Shown in pieces: positions 58,705 to 64,000 of a stretch of 64,000 nt of DNA. Source of the stretch: Mobula hypostoma (Eukaryota). Made by a program: the position numbers and the translations under genes. How positions within the stretch are numbered: the first letter of the stretch is position 1; each line of letters starts with the position of its first letter. The notes under the pieces are model-generated. The model had not been told where the DNA came from. It ran no database searches and was given only the letters and a program-made list of their open reading frames with translations. Location: contig NC_086097.1 of NCBI RefSeq assembly GCF_963921235.1, positions 65,474,001-65,538,000 of the forward strand, in the 5' to 3' direction.

Positions 58705-61700
58705 AGAACATAGAACAGTACAGCACAGTACAGGCCCTTCGGCCCACAATTTTGTGCCAACCCTTAAACCCTGCCTCCCATATAACCCTCAACTTTAAGT
58801 TCCAAGATATACCTGTCTAGTAGTCTCTTAAATTTCACTAGTGTATCTGCCTCCACCACTGACTCAGGCAGTGAATTCCATGCACCAACCACTCTCTGAG
58901 TAAAAAACCTTCCTCTAATATCCCCCTTGAAATTCCCACCCCTTACCTTAAAGCCATGTCCTCTTGTATTGAGCAGTGGTGCCCTGGGGAGATGCACTGG
59001 CCATCCACTCTATCTATTCCTCTTAATATCTTATATACCTCTATCACGTCTCCTCTCATCCTCCTTCTCTCCAAGGAGTAAAGCCCTAGCTCCCTTCATC
59101 TCTGATCATAATGCATACTCTCTAAACCAGGCAGCATTTCTGGTAGATCTCCTCTGTAACCCTTTCCAATGCGTCCACATCCTTCCCATAGTGAGGCGAC
59201 CAGAAATGGACACAGTACTCCAAGTGTGGCCTAACCAGAGTTTTATAGAGCTGCATCATTACCCCGCGACTCTTAAACTCTATCCCTTGACTTATGAAAG
59301 CTAACACTTCATAAGCTTTCTTAACTACCCTATCTACCTGTGAGGCAACTTTCAGGGATCTGTGGACATGTACCCCCAGATCCCTCTGCTCCTCCACACT
59401 ATCAAGTATCCTGCCATTTACTTTGTACTCGGCCTTGGAGTTTGTCCTTCCAAAGTGTACCACCTCACATTTCTCTGGGTTGAACTCCAACTGCCACTTC
59501 TCAGCCCACTTCTGCATCCTATCAATGTTTCTCTGCAATCTTTGACAATCCTCTACACTATCCACACCACCACCAACATTTGTGTCATCTGCAAACTTGC
59601 CAACCCACCCTTCTACCCCCACATCCAGGTCGTTAATAAAAATCATGAAAAATAGAGGTCCCAGAACCGATTCTTTTAGGACACCACTAGTCACAACTCT
59701 CTAATCCGAATGCACTCCCTCCATCACGACCCTCTGCTTTCTGTAGGCAAGCCAATTCTGAATCCACCTGGCCAAACGACCCTGGATCCCATGCCTTCTG
59801 ACTTTCTGAATAAACCTACTGTGCGGAACCTTGTCAAATGCCTTACTGAAATCCATGTAGATCACATCCACTGCACTACCCTCATCAATACGCCTGGTCA
59901 CCTCCTCAAAGAACTCTATCAGGCTTGTTAAACACGATTTGCCCTTCACAAAGCCATGCTGACTGTCCCTGATCAGACCATGATTCTCCAAGTACCCACA
60001 AATCCTATCTCTAAGAATCTTTTCCAACAGCTTTCTCACCACAGACATAAGGCTCACTGGTCTATAATTACCCGGACTATCCCTACTACCTTTTTTGAAC
60101 AAGGGAACAACATTTGCCTCCCTCCAATCCTCCGGTACCATTCCCGTGGACAATGAGGACATAAAGGACCTAGCCAGAGGCTCAGCAATCTCTTGCCTCG
60201 CCTCGTCGAGCAGCCTGGGGAATATTCCGTCAGGCCCCGGGGACTTATTCGTCCCAATGTATTTTAACAACTCCAACATCTCCTCTCCCTCAGTATCAAC
60301 ATGCTCCAGAACATCAACCTCACTCATATTGTCCTCACCTTCATCAAGTTCCCTCTCACTGGTGAGTACGGAAGAGAAGTATTCATTGAGGACCTCGCTC
60401 ACTTCCACAGCCTCCAGGCACATCTTCCCACCTTTATCTCTAATCGGTCCTACCTTCAACTCCTGTCATCCTTTTGTTCTTCACATAATTGAAAAATTCT
60501 TTGGAGTTTTCCTTTACCCTACTTGCCAAGGCCTTCTCATGGCCCCTTCTTGCTCTTCTCAGCCCCTTCTTAAGCTCCTTTCTTACTACCCTATATTCCT
60601 CAATAGACCCATCTGATCCTGGCTTCCTAAACCTCATGTATGCTGTCTTCTTCCACCTGACTAGATTCTCCACCTCACTTGTTACCCATGGTTCCTTCAC
60701 CCTACCATTCTTTATCTTCCTCACCAGGACAAATTTATCCCTAACATCCTGCAAGAGATCTCTAAACATCGACCACATGTCCATAGTACATTTCCCTGAT
60801 AAAACATCATCCCAATTCACACCCGCAAGTTCTAACCTTATAGCCTCATAATTTGCCCTTCCCCAATTAAAAATTTTCCTGTCCTGATTCTATCTTTTTC
60901 CATGATAATGTTAAAGGCCAGGGAGCGGTGGTCACTGTCCCCCAGATGCTCACTCACTGAGAGATCTGTGACCTGACCCGGTTCATTACCTCATACTAGA
61001 TCGAGTATGGCATTCCCCCTACTTGGCCTGTGAACATACTGTGACAGGAATCCGTTCTGGACACACTTAACAAACTCTGCCCCATCTAAACCCTTGGAAA
61101 TAATCAGGCGCCAATCAATATTAGGGAAGTTAAAGTCACCCATGATAGTAACCCTGTTATTTTTGCACCTTTCCAAAATCTGCCTCCCAATCTGCTCTTC
61201 GGTATCTCTGCTACCAGGGGGCCTATAGAATACTCCCGATAGAGTAACTGCTCCCTTCCTGTTCCTGACTTCCACCCATACTGACTCAAAAGAGGATCCT
61301 GCTACATTACGCACCCTTCCTGTAGCTGTAATAGTATCCCTGACCAGTAATGCCACCCCTCCTCCCCTTTTCCCCCCTCTCTATCCCTTTTAAAGCACTG
61401 AAATCCAGGAATATTGAGAATCTATTCCTGCTCTAGTGCCAGCTAGGTCTCTGCAATGGCCACTACATCATAATTCCATGTATGTATCCAAGCTCCCAGT
61501 TCATCACCTTTGTTCCTGATGCTTCTTGCATTGAAGTATACGCATTTTAGCCCTTCTACCTTACTACCTTTACACCCTTTATTCTGTTTCTCTTTCCTCA
61601 AAGCCTCTTTATATGTTAGATCTGGCTTTACTCCATGCACTATACTTGCAGTTCTCACATGACCTTTATCCTCCTCCACCTCACTATCTGCTCTGACACT

Positions 61701-62437
61701 CTGGTTCCCCTCCCCCTACAAATCTAGTTTAAACCCCCCACAGCAGCACAAGTAAACCTTCCCGCAAGGATGTTAATCCCCCTCCAGTTCAGGTGCAACC
61801 TGTCCCGTTGGAACAGGTCCCATCTTCCCTGGAATAAGGCCCAATTGTCCAGAAACATGAAGCCCTCCCTCCTGCACCAACTCCTTAGCCACCTATTTAG
61901 CTGCATTATCTTCCTATTTCTAGCCTCACCAGCATGCGGCACAGGTAGCAATCCTGAGATTGCAACCCTGGAGGTCCTGTCCTTCAACTTTGCACCTAAC
62001 TCCCTAAATTCTCTTTGCAGGACCTCCTCCTTCTTCCTATCCACGTCATTGGTCCCTGCATGGATCACAACACCTGGCTGCTCACCCTCCCTCTCGAGAA
62101 CACTGAGAACTCAATCCGAGATATCGCAGACCCTGGCACCAGGGAGGCAACAGACCATCTGGGATTCTCGATCTCTTCCACAAAACCTCTTATCTGTCCC
62201 CCTAACTATCGAATCCCCTATTACTACTGCTCTCCTCTTTTCCCTCCTTCCCATCTGAGCTGAGGGTCCAATCTCGGTACCAGAGACACAACCATTGCAA
62301 CTTGTCCCTGGTAGATCGTCCCCACCAACAGTATCCAAAACGGTATACTTATTATTGATGGGAACGGCCACAGGGGTGCACTGCTCATTCTGTCTATTCT
62401 CTTTCCCTCTCCTGACAGTCACCCAGCTACCTGTCTC
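58705..62437 (-). mobile_element. CR1 LINE, 5'-truncated within ORF1, inactivated
   Basis: Esterase blocks VIGDSIVR, HAGTND and DRLHLN; APE YFNARSI and MGDFNFP; RT YMDFSKAFDKVPH and FADDT; tail tagaacatagaa. Confidence 0.97.
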
Positions 62438-62910
62438 TTTGTTCCCACTCCATCTACAGATTTGCAGACGATACCACCGTAATGGCCATATCTCAAATAA
62501 CAATCAGTCAGATGCCAGGAAGGAGATTGAGAGTTTAACAACATGGTGTTAATAACAACAACCTTTCTCTCAATGTCAGCAAAGCAAACGAGCTTGCCAT
62601 TGATTTCTCCCATCAGGCAGATATTAAAAACATGATGACAAGTACCACCAGGCTCAAGGACAGCTTCCAGTTCACTATTATAAAACTATTGAAATAGTTC
62701 CTTAATATGGTAAGATGGACTGTTGTCCTGACAATGTACCTCATTATAGCCTTGCATCTTTCGTCTAAGTTCACTGTACTTTCTCTGTAGCTTTTATTGT
62801 TTTAACTTGTATTACCTCAATACACTGTATAAAGAATGGACGTATATGAACAGAATGCAAGTCAAGCTTTTCACTGTATTTCAATCCATGTGAAAATAGT
62901 AAACCAATTT
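62438..62910 (+). mobile_element. Rex1/Babar fragment split by the CR1 (left part about 58670-58704)
   Basis: Removing the CR1 restores YTQDFTAKF-CSHSIYRFADDTT; followed by EIESLTTWC and TTRLKDSF. Confidence 0.85.
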
Positions 62911-63294
62911 TGACTCCTTCCCTTTAACCATTCACTTCTTGAACCAACTAGCACAGTCTTAATCACTACAGTTTAGTAACACTGTCTATTTTGATCACTT
63001 GGCACCAAAATGGACTTCAGTTTTCTAATGTTCTAATTCCATTCTTACTTGTCAAAATTGTGCATAATTTGTTCATTTCATTATGAATGCTGTTCATCTG
63101 ATGCCATGTGCATGTCATGCTGCTACAAGTTTTTCATTGTACCTGCGCATGCAATTTTGACTTTAACTTTTTTGCAGTTGTCAAATAGCCAAAAATCTCA
63201 TTCTTATTTGATATGAATGAACAGATGGAAAAGATTTCCATTCAATAACAAGCTAGTGAAAACACATAGGGAACAAGTTCGGCAGAAGTATATG

Positions 63295-63461
63295 TACAAG
63301 GGGTGATTGATAAGTTCGTGGCCTAAGGGTAGGCGTCAATTTTAGAAAACCTAGCACATTTATTTTTTCCTACATTTACACACTTAATCCAGTGGTCGTG
63401 GAGCATACAAATCCCTTCTTCCCTCCAGAAAGTGTAGCAAATGCTAAGGTAGAAGGAGATG
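63295..63461 (+). mobile_element. Left end of a Tc1/mariner-type non-autonomous element, interrupted by Rex1
   Basis: ta-caaggggtgattgataagttcgtggcctaagg resembles mariner TIRs with a TA target. The right TIR is not in the window. Confidence 0.6.
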
Positions 63462-64000
63462 ATTCAAAGATTCAAAAAACTTTCTTGTCATTCTAACCGT
63501 ACATCAGCTCTGCAGGGCAGAATGAGACAGCGTTTCCCAGGAGCAGTGCAATCATAACATAACAAACGCAACACTAAATAATAAACATAACAATAAATAG
63601 TAAAACATGTCAGTTAAAATCAAGTTATAAGTGTCCAGTGCAAGTTAGAAGTGTCCAAAGCAGAGTCAGGTAGAGCAGCTATTTAGCAGTCTGACTACCT
63701 GTGGGAGGAAGCTGTTTAGTAGCCTTGTGGTTTTAGTTTTGATGCTGCTGTAACGCTTGCCTGATGGCAGAAGAACAAACAGTTCATGGAGAGGGTGTGA
63801 GGGGTCTTTAATGAAGTACCGTGTCTTCTGGAGGCATCGATTCTGAAAGAGGTCTTGGACAGAAGGTAGAGAGACCCCAATAACCTTCTCTGCTCCCCTA
63901 ACCACCCTCTGCAAGGCTTTTTTGTCGACAGCACTGCAGCTGGAGAACCAGGTGGTGATGCAAAAGGTCAGCACACTCTCAACCACGCCTCTGTAGAATG
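63462..64000 (-). mobile_element. Younger Rex1/Babar LINE 3' end, running off the window
   Basis: Open ORF VESVLTFCITTWFSSCS...IKDPSHPLHELFVLLPSGKRY...NSFLPQVVRLLNS; tail ttcaaagattcaaa. Confidence 0.93.

Overview
Eukaryotic, AT-rich vertebrate genomic DNA. The repeat spectrum (many CR1 subfamilies, Penelope-like elements, Rex1/Babar, V-SINE, CORE-SINE) suggests a cartilaginous fish, probably a ray; this is inference only. I found no host protein-coding exon, rRNA, real tRNA gene or CRISPR array, so the window reads as a large intron or gene desert. By eye roughly half is transposon-derived, and every recognisable ORF is a decayed transposon fragment. Contents: one near full-length CR1 LINE (10.9-15.0 kb) plus many truncated CR1s, Rex1/Babar and L2 fragments, several Penelope insertions with inverted pseudo-LTRs, two tRNA-CORE SINEs, bipartite non-autonomous RTE and Ingi/Vingi-type elements, a Harbinger MITE, a mariner end, a Chapaev3 transposase fossil and a solo LTR. 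The most interesting signals are RNA-structural and modular. These are a decayed HDV-like ribozyme at the 5' end of a non-coding retroelement (36089-36261, minus), minimal hammerhead ribozymes in Penelope pLTRs (intact at 38041-38076), two SINEs with the same head but different tails (one tail homologous to the ribozyme-bearing element), and two CR1s with near-identical ORF2 but different ORF1. Family assignments come from motif recognition without database searches. Boundaries of old repeats are approximate.
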